A stretch of 64,000 nucleotides of DNA from Basidiobolus meristosporus CBS 931.73 (GCA_002104905.1 MCFE01000478.1:1-64000); one strand, 5' to 3'; counted from the first letter of the stretch, positions 24,228-35,740 are shown. Notes: generated from the letters alone by a model not told the origin. Translations and numbers: made by a program.

Positions 24228-26693
24228 CAGGGGATCAGTTATGCAGAGCCACCCAAGTTAGAATTTACCCAGGTCCAAGTAATGTAGTCCATAAACAGCA
24301 TTTCCTATTCACCATCCCTCATGGTTGTGTCATCCGGGGTAACAACCAAATTGCCCCTTGATACGATTGCCAATTGCTTATTATGAGTTTGTCAGTCTAA
24401 GCGCAACGTTACCCTTCACCCAAATTGGCCCTCCTTTTCTCAACGTGATCAAGAAAGTGGGTGGCTGACTAATTTGGATGGCTCAATTCATGCTTGTGAC
24501 AGGTGTTTGCCTTAGGTGTATGCCATGATCCTCTCAGCAATATAAATGGACTAGATCATTATACGTGTTCTCATACGTAGCTACTGCTGATTCCCTTCTG
24601 ATTTCCAGGTGAGATCGCTTGATGTGGCTCCATTGCGGCCTTTTCATTTCTTACCTTTGTAGTTGACATAGTGCCAGTACCATAATGTCTCGTTTTCTCC
24701 GAAAGACATTCACGCCCGGCTCGAGTCTAGCTCGTTTGGTACTAAGCCATGTGTTTATGAGTCTGGGTTTTGCTTGCTGAATCCTTTTATTTCGTGTAGT
24801 CGCAGCAAATCCGCTACCAAAGCATTGCTTCGGCCACTCACCAAGTAAGGCCACTTTCCGTTAGTCGTAAAAATTAGAAACCCTGCTGACAAGTCCTCTT
24901 TCTAGTCTGGCCCTTCCAAGGTCACGCATCCGGATGCTGACAACAACCCCAAAACCCTTGAGATACTGGCTGAGAGCGACAAATACATCCTCAACACCTA
25001 CAGCAAGCCCTCGTTGGTCTTTACACACGGAAAAGGTTGCTACCTTTATGACCAGAGTAATCGTCGTTACTTGGACTTTTGCGCCGGAATTGCTGTGAAT
25101 GCACTGGGTCATGCTGACGAAGAAATGACCCAGGTGCTTGCTGAACAAGCTTCGCAGTTGGTGCATCTTTCGAATCTTTTCCATCACCAATGGAGTGGGG
25201 GAGTTGATTTCTTGCGTGCTATGCGAAAGCGTTGCGATGAAGTCGGTGCTTTGTTAGTTTTCGATGAGATCTAGGTAAGCTACCATCTCTGATCCTCGCC
25301 ACCCACTGATCTCTAAAAGCGACTTTTGTTTAGTGCGGTCTTGGCAGAACCGGTAAATTGTGGGCTTTCGAGAACTTCCCATCTGATGTCGTTCCAGATA
25401 TCCTGACCTTGGCTAAGCCCTTGGCCAATGGCTTCCCCATTGGCGCTATTCTCATGAACGACAAAGTAGCAGACAAGATCAAGATAGGTAAGGGGATCAC
25501 GTGCACATGCTGTTCATTCCCATGCTCACCACCAAGCATATTCACAGGCGATCATGGAACCACATTTGGAGGAAACCCCTTGGGTTGCCGTGTAGCATTG
25601 TCGGTATTCAACCGCATTAGTCGCCCAGAGTTCCTCGCCAATGTAAATGAGACCGGAGCTCACTTGAAACAAGGCCTTCGGAATATCACCAATGGCAATC
25701 CCTTGGTCAAGGAGGTTCGTGGATTGGGGCTTATTCTGGGTGTGGAGTTCACAGTTGATCCCACGCCAATCGTCAAGATGGCCAGAGAGCGCGGACTGAT
25801 CGTGATCACTGCCAGCAACAACACTGTTCGCTTGGTGCCCCCGCTGATCCTCACGAAAGAGGAAGCGGATCAAGGCCTTGCTATTCTGAAAGACTGCTTT
25901 GAGGAGTTCAAAGCTCAAACCCCCGTTTGATTGAATCATCCTATTTCTCATGAGGCTTCCAATGTAGATAAAGCGATGTTTGGTAGATGTCAATTGTAAT
26001 GAGTGAGGAAATAAAATGAAATGCAGTTTAATATGCTGACCCAGCGCTGGGTGACCCCCTAAATCTGATCGAACACAGCCATCTATTCTATCCAAGATCT
26101 GGAGTACCTGAAGTTGTCAGTTGATGCGGTGGTGATGGATTCTGGGATTTGCAAGCTCTCGCCAGCAGTGGCGTACGAGAGGTGCTGCTTAGATTCTCGC
26201 TTACTGCTCGCTATCTGCTGTTTGTCATGTCGCCACGACATGTAATTGTAGACTTGCGAGACGATTGCGTAAATCACGCCTATGCAGTTTGAAAGGACGG
26301 CCAAAAATGGGATGATTTTAAAGAACCCATTGAACGTCTTGTAAATCACCTTCAGAAGCAAGTCGGGTTAGAAATGGTGTGCAAGGTGTACGAACTCTGC
26401 GGCCGGTTACCTGAATTACCAGCTGTGGTATATCCTCAATCAAGATTCCCACACCTACGCATATCAGGATGTGATACCTGACTCGTGGTGAGAATGGCGC
26501 ATTCAAGCTGCGGAGGTTACAGAAATTTGACGAAAGAATGAATATGAGGGCTGGATTGGTTGCCGCCAGGATAGTCACCGACGATGTTAGCAGCGTATGA
26601 TTAGAGAACCACTCGTGGAAGAGAGGATTCCTGGCCACTTCCTTGACGATGATATATGTAGAAGAGAGCATATTGAAGCAAAATGGAATCACA
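24228..26693. repeat. Direct segmental duplication, copy 2
   Basis: Offset from copy 1 is 5786 nt before the internal ARG8 deletion and 5414 nt after it. Confidence 0.95.
24685..25930 (+). pseudogene. ARG8: ARG8 pseudogene copy
   Basis: 376 bp (19413-19788 of copy 1) are replaced by GGGA, a net loss of 124 codons including NSGTEANE, FHGRS and EPVQGEGG. CAG>TAG stop at 25272-25274. Confidence 0.95.
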
Positions 26694-28897
26694 AAGAATA
26701 TCACTGAAGGGGCGCGTAATGAGCGAATATCCCCACTGTTCAACAAAACGAAGAGTAAGTCGGTACAGAAATCGAAGACTGAGATGAATATGACAAATAC
26801 AACAGCGTTGTCACTTGAGGGGTATTTTCTTCGAAGAAATGCAAACGCAGCAATTAGAACCACCACCACAACGCCTAATAGGATGAATTTGACCTTGTTA
26901 CTTCGAAACAAATCTTCTTCCACGGTCACTCCAAATTCACTGTTCAATGTTTGCGTGTACTGTCCTTTGGACAAAGGACTACGAGCTTTCGTTCTAATCA
27001 TTTCCTGAAAATCGTTCACGATGGCAGTGGCTGTCCGATTTTGAGATGCCGCTATTTTTGTAATCGTGATCTGATATATATCGCCAGCATTATCCTGTCG
27101 TAGGAAACTTGCGCTTATTCGGTTGGCCTCCACTGGCAAGGCCTCAGTTAGCTCTCTGGTCAGATTATTGGCAACTTCAGATCTCTCAATAGTATTGTTT
27201 AGATCTAAGGCTACTTGAACAGTAATATCGTCCTTTTCATCTTTCGACAGTTCAGCATTGGGAGTGGTAACTCGCCATTGATACGGTGATAGGCCCTCCA
27301 ATGGTTCCGAGACAGCGCTTTGGAAAGTACCACCATCGATGGTAATGTAGTACTCTGTCCCAGGTAAATTCAAGGCATAGCCGTCTAGAGTGAAATTGAA
27401 TGTGTCTCCCCGGATAGGCGTGTCAGAAGACACGGAGAGAACCTGCCGCGGATATTCAGGTCGATTTGCATCATAGACATAGATGTGTCCCAGAGAGGTG
27501 GAATAGTCGGATTGAATAAATGTCAGGGAAAACCGCTGTGTTGTGCTAATCTGAGCTACTCCACCTTGTATTGGGTATGTTGTCTTGATAATTGGATTGT
27601 TCCCATAATCTGACGCATTGAGAAACTTGGGTGGATTGTCAATTCGAGCTCTAAAGCCAGGAACTACGAAAAACCCGGCCCCAGAAGTTGAAGTATCGTA
27701 TGTGAGAGATGCAACTGAGTTGTTAGGAAAGGACACCAGTCCGGTAGGGCCGAGAGTATTATTCTCGAACGGATAATAGGACCAGTAGCGATCGTAAAGT
27801 TGAACATAACTGGTGATCCCTTGATTATTACTTATCTTGTTGTCCGATAGTAACAACGCTCCCCCGTAGGGTAAAGATGCAGCCCTAGTGATTCCGATCC
27901 CCCTCGACACTTGTATAGTAGAGTTTCCCAAGAGTGTAGGCAGGTCAAACTGAGAGCCAGTTGAGGAAAACACCGTGCTGTAGGTGTATCGAGTGATATT
28001 GACGTTAGGATTATTGTCAGTTGGCTGAACAATATAGTCATATATACAGACATGCCCATCTCCAGCTTTCAGTAGACTGCATTTGTTGATTATCAGATAG
28101 TCCGCTCTATTCACAACTTTTGTTTTCTCGGCTGTGGCGACAATAAAACTTCGAGATGTTTGGAACCCACCAGGGCTGGAGAGATAGTTTGCACGGAGTA
28201 TATTATCTCCTGATGGGGATTTACAAGCCCAATTAATCATAAAAAAGCGATCTGGAGATGGGACCACTGAGATAGTCGGTTGAAAAGGAGCACTGGTGTT
28301 GTAGATGTTGTCCGCTATTCTCGTCATATTGACTACATTGCCATATAGATCGAAAAATATGCTTCCCACAAAAGGTGCAGTAAGATTTGCGCCCCTACTT
28401 ACACCTGCCAAAAGGATATGGTCTAAGCCTTTGGCCACGGAGAAGAGTTCGAAACCCCCATCCAATAATTTAGGCTCCCCGATCTTAGTCATTGTCTTGT
28501 CGTAGCGATCTACCATAACTCCAAATTTTGTTTTCACTAGCGGTAAGTAGAAATGCAGGAAGCCACCGTCCGGAGTAGGGACAAAGGCATTGTCTTCCGT
28601 AGAGAGAACCTTTGTCAAGTTCGCATTTTCATTGATTTTGTTACCGTCAAAGTCATACATCTCCAACAGGCCTGGGAGTAGGATTTTGTCCATTCTTTGG
28701 ACGCGTCCTGCGTCATCCGTTAGGTTTTGAGTCAGGAAAGCCTGCTCACTGACGTATCTTGTGAAGTACCACAGTATCCTCTCCTGTGGAAGGACTGTGG
28801 CCTCATATTTTGGAATGAGATACTCTTGCGCGGTGATTGTAGACATAGACCCCAGGAATAAGCACCAAAAAGAAAGAATAAGCCGGCAACGAACCAT
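26083..28897 (-). CDS. Large secreted-ectodomain multi-pass membrane protein (Ig-like segment, C-terminal TM bundle with EDIPQLVIQ)
   Basis: Signal peptide, many NxS/T sites, Big_5/SbsA-like segment (YPIQG..RFSLTF..GTEYYITIDGGTF), about 6-7 hydrophobic helices, one intron near the 3' end. Confidence 0.85.
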
Positions 28898-29078
28898 GCT
28901 ATATACAAAAGATCGAATGAGTATATGCGCTGGAGTAGATGACACCCAGCTTTTATCAGAGGCCGTAGGCTAGAGTCAACAAAATTGGAATCTGATTTGC
29001 GCCCAGACGAAGCTAAGCCCTTAATTAACAATTAACAAGTATCATTGGAAGTTTATTTCTATATATTACAGAAGCCCA

Positions 29079-30330
29079 TTAATTGGCAGTTTGTTTGGTG
29101 ACTTTCTCATGGAATTGTCGTAACAGCGCATCGACGTTCTCGATACCCTGTGGCCGAATATCAGCAAGTGCTTTAATCTGGGCTGTGACTTGTTTGACTT
29201 GGTCATCGCTGAGGTTCAGTCCTAGCTGCGTAACTCTGTTCTTGACGGCATTCCAGCCAGTGAGTCGGTGTCCGATGGATACGTAACGAGTCATTCCGAA
29301 ATCCTCTGGTTGCAAAATCTCATATGTGCTAGGGTTGTTAAGGATGGCCTTGGCGTGGATTCCAGCCTTATGGGTGAAGGCACAATAGCCGGTGATATAG
29401 TTGTTGAATGGCACTTGGATATCGACTGCTTCAGCCACTAGGTTTTCGATGTCGCGAAGCATGTGAAGCTTGTATTTGCCCATAATATACTCCTTGTTGG
29501 CTACGTACATCCGAGCGCATAGGCCACCAAGCGGGGTGATCCCGTTACGCTCGCCAATACCAAGGACCGAGGTGTCGATGTGCGTAGCACCCGCTTCGAG
29601 AGCCGCATAAGCATTTGCAATAGCACACCCAGTGTCATCATGGAAATGGCACTCTATGTCACAGGAAACCACTCCACGAAGAGTCCTCACTAGTTCGTAC
29701 ACCTGGCGAGGGTTGGCACAACCAACGGTATCGGCAATACCAACGCGGTTAACTCCCAACTTATCGACAGTAGTGTAGATGTTGAGCAAGTCCACCAGGT
29801 CACTACGGAAGGAATCTTCACTGGAGAATCTGACCTCCAATCCGGTTGAGATGATGTAACTGACCACCTCAATGGCCTGTTGGGTAATGTAGTCCATATC
29901 TTTACCGTGGGAGAACTTGCGAAGGAAGGAGGATGTCCCGATGACAACATCGAGTCCATCCACCCCAGTATCAATAGCAAGCTTAGCATCATCCATATGG
30001 CAACGGACGTGGGTGAGGATCTTAGCCTTCAAGCCCAGTTGGCAGATGGCCTTGCAATCGCTCCTTGATTGCTCGGAGGCGGCAGGAGAGGTTAGCTCGA
30101 TGTACTCGACACCGAACTCATCCAAGGCTTTGGCAATCTCGATCTTCTTCTCGGTATCGAAGAATGCATTGGCGAATTGTTCACCCTCTGGAGAAAACGA
30201 TTAGCTTAATTGTGGAAGGAGAAACGCCCAGGGGCAACCAACCTCTTAGTGTGGACTCGATCACAGCAAAATTGTCGACTCTGCTTAAAAGATCAGAGAC
30301 GTTTCCGGCGTAAGGATTTGATCTGGTCAT
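29079..30330 (-). CDS. LYS20: Homocitrate synthase
   Basis: [73 protein letters not shown]. Confidence 0.96.
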
Positions 30331-30553
30331 TGTGGGAGTAAAATGCGACGGCTAATACAACGTTTCGGTAAAAGGCGATGGTTGATACGATGTTGGCTGC
30401 TAGAGCGGTGGGGAGGTATTTAAATGAAATCACCACGGCCAGAGTTTGAGTGTAGACTTCCGCTCAAGACTATGATTAAACCCTTTCACACAACCCATTC
30501 CATATGCATCTCAAATCTCCCAAATTCGATCACTGATGGCTGGTGTATCTTAA

Positions 30554-30571
30554 TGACTCGATTCTGACTCA
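30554..30571. promoter_or_regulatory. Tandem Gcn4/CpcA-like sites (TGACTC and TGACTCA) upstream of homocitrate synthase
   Basis: TGACTC at 30554-30559 and TGACTCA at 30565-30571, about 230 bp upstream of the ATG. Confidence 0.55.
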
Positions 30572-31336
30572 TGTTGCCAAAATGCAGCATGTTGAATCCC
30601 GGCGCACAAACGACCTAGTAGACAGATCCATGTCAGTCTTACCTACCATCTGGCTGATCTCATCTGAGTTTAAAGTTTAGCCATGTCACATCTTCCGCTG
30701 AGCCTGATCCATGTCACATCAATATACGGAGTTTATTTGTGTGGCACCACCTTGTCCCTCGAACAACAAAACCCCATTCTGAAGCAATGTGCTCCCCCAG
30801 AGGCGGGTCAAGGTGGGGTTCCATAAAAGAAACAAAGGGTACACCGAGAAAAATAATTATTAGTTAGCAATAGTTCGTTGTGATAGTGTCTAATGGCACG
30901 AGGCGGGCGATGATGGATTATACTGTATAGAGGGACTCCATTGCATAAGTAAGGCTTGGTCCAGATGATGAAGGGTTCCATTGGGTTGGTGGCATGTGGG
31001 GAGTATCAACAAGGAATAAGATACAAGTCGATAGACTCTGAAAGGAAAATTGCGCTGATTATTATTTCGTTGCAAGATAAGATAGAAATGATGTCGGGTA
31101 CGATAAACCAATGGAAAGTGGGTTGGAAAACTGAGCAAGCGGAGTTCAGGATGCGAGGACAAGCGAGCTAAAACGACCGGTGTCTATACGGAAGAATACC
31201 ATTGCAACGGGAGCTCTCGAAAATCAATGTTGTACATGACTGTTTACAGTGAAAAATAGAAGGTAGCGGGGATCTTCGTCTTGCCAAAGAGAAGCGTCGG
31301 GTAGAGAGTTGTTGACTAATCGACATGGCCTAGTGC

Positions 31337-32716
31337 TCACGGCATCATAGGAGTTGTGGTGGTGGTGGTAGTGGAAACAGTGTCGCGCTGAGAATTGGTG
31401 GCCTCTTGTGAATGCGATGTTGCACCAGCGCTCAGACTCGACTCGGGATGTCTCTCTACACACCAGTAACGATGGCCATCTGACCATGCTTTTGATTGGC
31501 ATGTTTTGGAGCAGTATTTGGCTTTGCGGCACCGTCTACATTTAGAGAACTCCCGGGGGTATCTTTCCCATTTTCCACAAGACATGTTGGCGCACTGTCT
31601 GATTCCGCCGCGGGATTCGTCTTTACGACAAGCATTTCTCATAATGATTGAAGCCCAGCACTGGATCTCGGCGGTATGTCCTCGACTGGTGAATTTCTCC
31701 ACCAAGCTGAACACGTTACACTCGAACTCGGTGTGGAGCCGTTGTCGGAGATGTGGATATTTTGAAACGTAAGCCAAGAGCTGTAGTGAAAGGAGGATAT
31801 CTTCTTCTCTGTACAATACTTCGTCGATTTTATCTGGCGGGCTATCAATGGACTGAGAATTAGGACGGTTGGGAGCTTCCTCACGCGTGGCGCGCTCTAA
31901 TTGGATTCCCACCTCGGCGTTACCGATTCCCTCTTGGTGTTGGTAGTTTGGAGCCGGAGACGGTGGCTGAGATTCACCTGTATCTGGGTTGGTATCTAGA
32001 TCTGGAACGACCGTGGTAGACGCGTTGTTGGGTTGGGTAAGTAGCGAAGTGAACACCGGAGTGGAATTATCGTTATTCTCATCACCACCGTTTTGCAACT
32101 GTTGCGATGCTAGAGTGCGACGAAGCGAAGGCAAACTGCGTCTAATCGCTGGTATATTATTTAAGTCTTGGGGTCGTAGCACATCGGCCATCTCAGTATT
32201 TTGCATGGGGTCATCCATTTGTCGCGCGGCGTTGTTTCCAATGGGAGGTAACGACACGCTGGCGTCAAAAGCGTTCTCATTCATAAGCGTACTGGACAAT
32301 GGCTGGATTTCCTTGTCTTTTTCCAATTTGACTTGCTCAAGGGCTTTGAGAAAGTGTTTCAGGATGTTGATGACCACCTCCACCATCCCGGCATCCACCA
32401 CTCGACAGCGGATCGTTTCAGTTCCTCTTACACCGACATTTACTACACACTGGAAGGCCATGGACCATATCCAGGCCAGCCTTTTGTCATCTATTCTAGT
32501 GGTTTTCAGTATGCGAATTAAGCGTTCCAGCCCGCCATCTTTGGTCATAATCTCTCTAATTCGTGGGGAGGTACTCGTCAGATATATCAGATGAGATAAG
32601 GAATTGATCAGAGGTAATATAGCAGTGCAGTCGAGCGCTCGACGATCGTAAAGTGCCGAGGTGATGGTGACGCAGGCGCGATTTTGGTTTGGAAAGGAAA
32701 AGTTCGACTCTCTCAT
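31337..32716 (-). CDS. MUB1: MYND-type zinc finger protein samB/Mub1
   Basis: VTITSALYDRRALDCT..LINSLSHLIYLTSTSPRIRE; CANMSCGKWE..FSKCRRCRKAKYCSKTCQSKAW..HRYWC. Confidence 0.93.
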   Translation of the reverse strand: MRESNFSFPNQNRACVTITSALYDRRALDCTAILPLINSLSHLIYLTSTSPRIREIMTKDGGLERLIRILKTTRIDDKRLAWIWSMAFQCVVNVGVRGTETIRCRVVDAGMVEVVINILKHFLKALEQVKLEKDKEIQPLSSTLMNENAFDASVSLPPIGNNAARQMDDPMQNTEMADVLRPQDLNNIPAIRRSLPSLRRTLASQQLQNGGDENNDNSTPVFTSLLTQPNNASTTVVPDLDTNPDTGESQPPSPAPNYQHQEGIGNAEVGIQLERATREEAPNRPNSQSIDSPPDKIDEVLYREEDILLSLQLLAYVSKYPHLRQRLHTEFECNVFSLVEKFTSRGHTAEIQCWASIIMRNACRKDESRGGIRQCANMSCGKWERYPREFSKCRRCRKAKYCSKTCQSKAWSDGHRYWCVERHPESSLSAGATSHSQEATNSQRDTVSTTTTTTTPMMP

Positions 32717-33074
32717 TCTGCGCAAAAGAACTTGGTTAACAAACCACTTCAGGCGGGTAGAACAATAGCTACGGAAATCTTGCTAAGGAGATAAGGGATG
32801 TGTAGGCCGCTTGTTCTAAATCACTTCAGCAAGGAAGAAAGGCTTACTATAAAAGGAGTGTTGGAGGTTGCAGGGCTTTCAAGAAACAAGATGAGAAAGA
32901 AAGGAATACGGGTGTGGGGTTTAACGTCAGGTTGACTGATACAATGCGTCGAATTCAATAAATTAAAAGTGGATCAGGTGACCTTCGGGTACAATGATGC
33001 TTAAGGACAGGTGAGAGAAAAAATTTAAGAGAAAAAAAGGAGCTTCACAAAGGGATGATTAGTCATTAAATGAT

Positions 33075-33165
33075 TGATTATTCGTAGCTTTATCCCATGT
33101 AAGTTGATGATAATTCGCAGCTTTATCCCATATTAGTTGGTGATTTATTTGTAGCTTTTCATGTA
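33075..33165. repeat. About three copies of a degenerate 32-34 bp tandem repeat
   Basis: tgattattcgtagctttatcccatgtaagttga / tgataattcgcagctttatcccatattagttgg / tgatttatttgtagcttttcatg. Confidence 0.75.
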
Positions 33166-33685
33166 GCGTTTCATTCTCATTCTATATTAGTGGATATTAC
33201 CATTGGGCTAAGGAAAATCGCTAAGAACAATCGTTCAAGCCACAAGATGTTGCGATAATGGTGCCGCACGTGATTCCGCCGATGATTGGCCATGCCTGGG
33301 AATGGAAGTTGTTGATTTGGTGGATTTTCTCCGTGTCCAGAAACTTGTTACATGTATGATACACGCCTACACGCCTACACGCCCACAGGTAAGTACATGT
33401 TAGCTGGCCATCAATAGAAAACACACCTATTACGCAAAACAACCTGCATCACAGTATATACTCAACAAAATGATTTGTCCAGACCGCATACTCGGCCAAA
33501 TATATACGCTTCACCTGTTTGCTAAAGCTTGGTCATAAAAAATTGCTACTTATTAGCAGTGTGGGGGAAAGCACTTTATGAAGTCAATATGATATTGTAT
33601 TTTGGAATGAAGGTCGTACAGTGGAATGAAGATGCATCGTAATAAAGCGAGATATGACATAAAGACTTGGGAAGCCCTACAAAGC

Positions 33686-34069
33686 TCACAAGTTTGGTTG
33701 TTTTTGAGACTCTGACTGCTGTATTCCGTCGGCCCTTGGATTTTTGGCCTCTGTACGCAACTCCCAAAGTCGTTCCACCATATCATCGTTCATCTTATCA
33801 AGAGAGATTGTGTCCAGCTTCTTCCCCAATAAAATTCGCTTATCTTCTGTGGGGACTGTGTTGGTCTGGAGCTGTAAATCGTGAAGATACTGATGCCACT
33901 GGGTAACAAAACCCTTTAGAAACGTGGGATTGGTCACATCTTTATGGCGGCGGAACTCGTCTTTGACGTAGTTGTCGCCAAGGTAGCGAAATTCATCGGG
34001 AAGGCGCCGGTGCACACGAAGAATGTGACGATACAGATGCAGAGGAGGTAGGCGACGAAGTCCACTCAT
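33686..34069 (-). CDS. SDH7: Succinate dehydrogenase assembly factor 3 (Sdh7/Acn9, LYR family)
   Basis: PLHLYRHILRVHRRLPDEFRYLGDNYVKDEFRRHK..GFVTQWHQY. Confidence 0.92.
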   Translation of the reverse strand: MSGLRRLPPLHLYRHILRVHRRLPDEFRYLGDNYVKDEFRRHKDVTNPTFLKGFVTQWHQYLHDLQLQTNTVPTEDKRILLGKKLDTISLDKMNDDMVERLWELRTEAKNPRADGIQQSESQKQPNL

Positions 34070-34316
34070 TTTCAACGAATTCACCAAATGGGTCAAGGTT
34101 CACTTGAAATAGCATGGCTGTCAAAATCATTTAAGGGGAAAATTCTTCCCCATCTGCCGCAATAAGAAAGGAATCTATTTATTAGGCTAAGGAGGCGAAA
34201 TATGCTAGAAATACATTCAATCATGCTATTGTCTGTGGATCTGTCTGAAATGAGGAATCAATCGTGTGTGGGAATCATATCAAATGCGTGGGATGCTCAA
34301 CAACTAGATAAGCACT

Positions 34317-34862
34317 TCACGTGTTGGCGGCAATGACTGGGATTTCATTGATCAGCTTGGGTTTTTTCCGAGTGCTCACTCTGTGGCAGAGGTACTGCTC
34401 GTTCTGGGGATCGAGCGCTCGCTTCTTCACCCCACTCAACGAGTCCCCCCGTATATCGGCGGTTCTTACCACCCAGTGGATGCTTTGTAGGCCAGGATAG
34501 TTCAGCACAGTATCCATTAGCCATTCTCGAACACTCAACCCTTCATAGGCCTCCGAGATGTGGATGTTACATAGATAAGCTAGCCGAATATAGTCCGTGG
34601 CGACTCGGGCAAATCCGATTTGATAGACGGTCGGCATCCCAAGACTGCCATATTCTTTAGGCAATGTGACAAACAGACCAAAGCACAAAGAAAAGTTTAG
34701 GATGCGTTTGAAGTTCGCCCTGCACAGCGGCTCTTCACTTTCATTCAGCGAGGAGATGTATTCGTAGACGAAGTTTAGATCCAGGTCTCGAGGGTCAGTA
34801 CTGATGAAATAGTTCCCTTTCGTCCAGGTGTACGCGCTACGTGTTACTGAAGATATGCTCAT
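34317..34862 (-). CDS. GNAT-family acetyltransferase-like protein, intronless
   Basis: YFISTDPRDLDL, FSLCFGLF, QIGFARVATDY..AYL, WLMDTVLNYPGLQ. The acetyl-CoA loop looks degenerate. Confidence 0.8.
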   Translation of the reverse strand: MSISSVTRSAYTWTKGNYFISTDPRDLDLNFVYEYISSLNESEEPLCRANFKRILNFSLCFGLFVTLPKEYGSLGMPTVYQIGFARVATDYIRLAYLCNIHISEAYEGLSVREWLMDTVLNYPGLQSIHWVVRTADIRGDSLSGVKKRALDPQNEQYLCHRVSTRKKPKLINEIPVIAANT

Positions 34863-35362
34863 ATTTTCCACCGAAATGAATAGAATAGAGGAAAGGGATA
34901 TGCTCTACTCTAGAATCAATCGGGCAAAGGCGACGGTGTGGCTTTATAAAGCTACAAGGTGGTTTGAAACTGGAGATTTACGCAAACAAGAGTAGTCACA
35001 CACGCGTACTACTGCTGATGGGGACATGACTACATCCATCTAGATACACCGAGGTGATTTGCCTGTTGGTATGGGCGTGAGGATGATGGATCTGGCTGAA
35101 TCTTGTGTGGAGGAAATGGAGAAGCACGAGATGGACTATTGGGTGGATGATACATGAGGGCGGGGTGTTTTTTGACACATGAGTTTTGATAGCGGGGACT
35201 TGGTTTGACACATGAGTCCGCATCTTTTTCGATCATCGTGTGACTTCAGCGTGTGAGAAACACCGAAGAGAACAACAAGAATCTGGAGAACACCAACAAT
35301 AGATTAGGATTAGGGTTAGGGTCGCGCGGATCCAATCGGGGAGGGGAACGATGTTCAGGGGT

Positions 35363-35412
35363 GATTTTTTCTCGCTCCTCAGGCTGAGGGAATTTTTTTC
35401 TCACACCTCAGG
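35363..35412 (+). promoter_or_regulatory. Duplicated RRPE-like A/T-tract motif upstream of the putative snoRNA host gene
   Basis: gattttttctcgctcctcagg and aatttttttctcacacctcagg, followed by a CT-rich tract and a GTGAGT donor at 35481. Confidence 0.45.
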
Positions 35413-35510
35413 TAAAGCCTTAAATTCGGTCGGTGTGCCACCTCCATTCCTCCTCTCTCTTGGTCATCAGAATTCTGAAGGTGAGTAAACAAGCTACATT
35501 TTGCATGATC

Positions 35511-35602
35511 CATCACAATGAGTAGGAATGATGTTCAAAATATTGCTTTTTGAATTTCTTCACCTGAACATAAAATGTTGAGAAATGACACCCCTGACCT
35601 AT
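35511..35602 (+). ncRNA. Intronic box C/D snoRNA, snR47/U36(SNORD36)-like guide for LSU Am2220 (yeast numbering)
   Basis: Box C ATGATGT, D' CTGA, C'-like ATGTTGA, box D CTGA, terminal stem gtagg/cctat. The 14-nt guide TTGAATTTCTTCAC is complementary to conserved LSU GTGAAGAAATTCAA (recalled from memory), and the +5 rule hits the second A of GUGAA. Lies in intron 35481-35673 (branch gctgac, acceptor tgtag). Confidence 0.85.
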
Positions 35603-35685
35603 CAATGTTGAACATAATGGTTTACCATATAAATGCACAAGTACGATTGCTGACCAAGTTTCCTTCACTGTAGGCTTCTTCTGCT

Positions 35686-35733
35686 GTACAATTGGACGGT
35701 TCCGACGGGAGGGTTCAACTCCCTCTGTTGTAC
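35686..35733 (+). other. tRNA-like mini-structure 1 (closing stem + GG hairpin + T-arm, no anticodon arm)
   Basis: GTACAAT/GTTGTAC stem; GGA-CGGT-TCC; GAGGG-TTCAACT-CCCTC. Confidence 0.6.
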
Positions 35734-35740
35734 TTTCATT

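Noticed and set aside
33075-33165. CRISPR-like array
   Set aside because: Eukaryotic context, contiguous degenerate units with no spacers, and no cas genes.
35305-35322. TTAGGG telomere-like repeat
   Set aside because: Only two units inside a promoter; too short to call.
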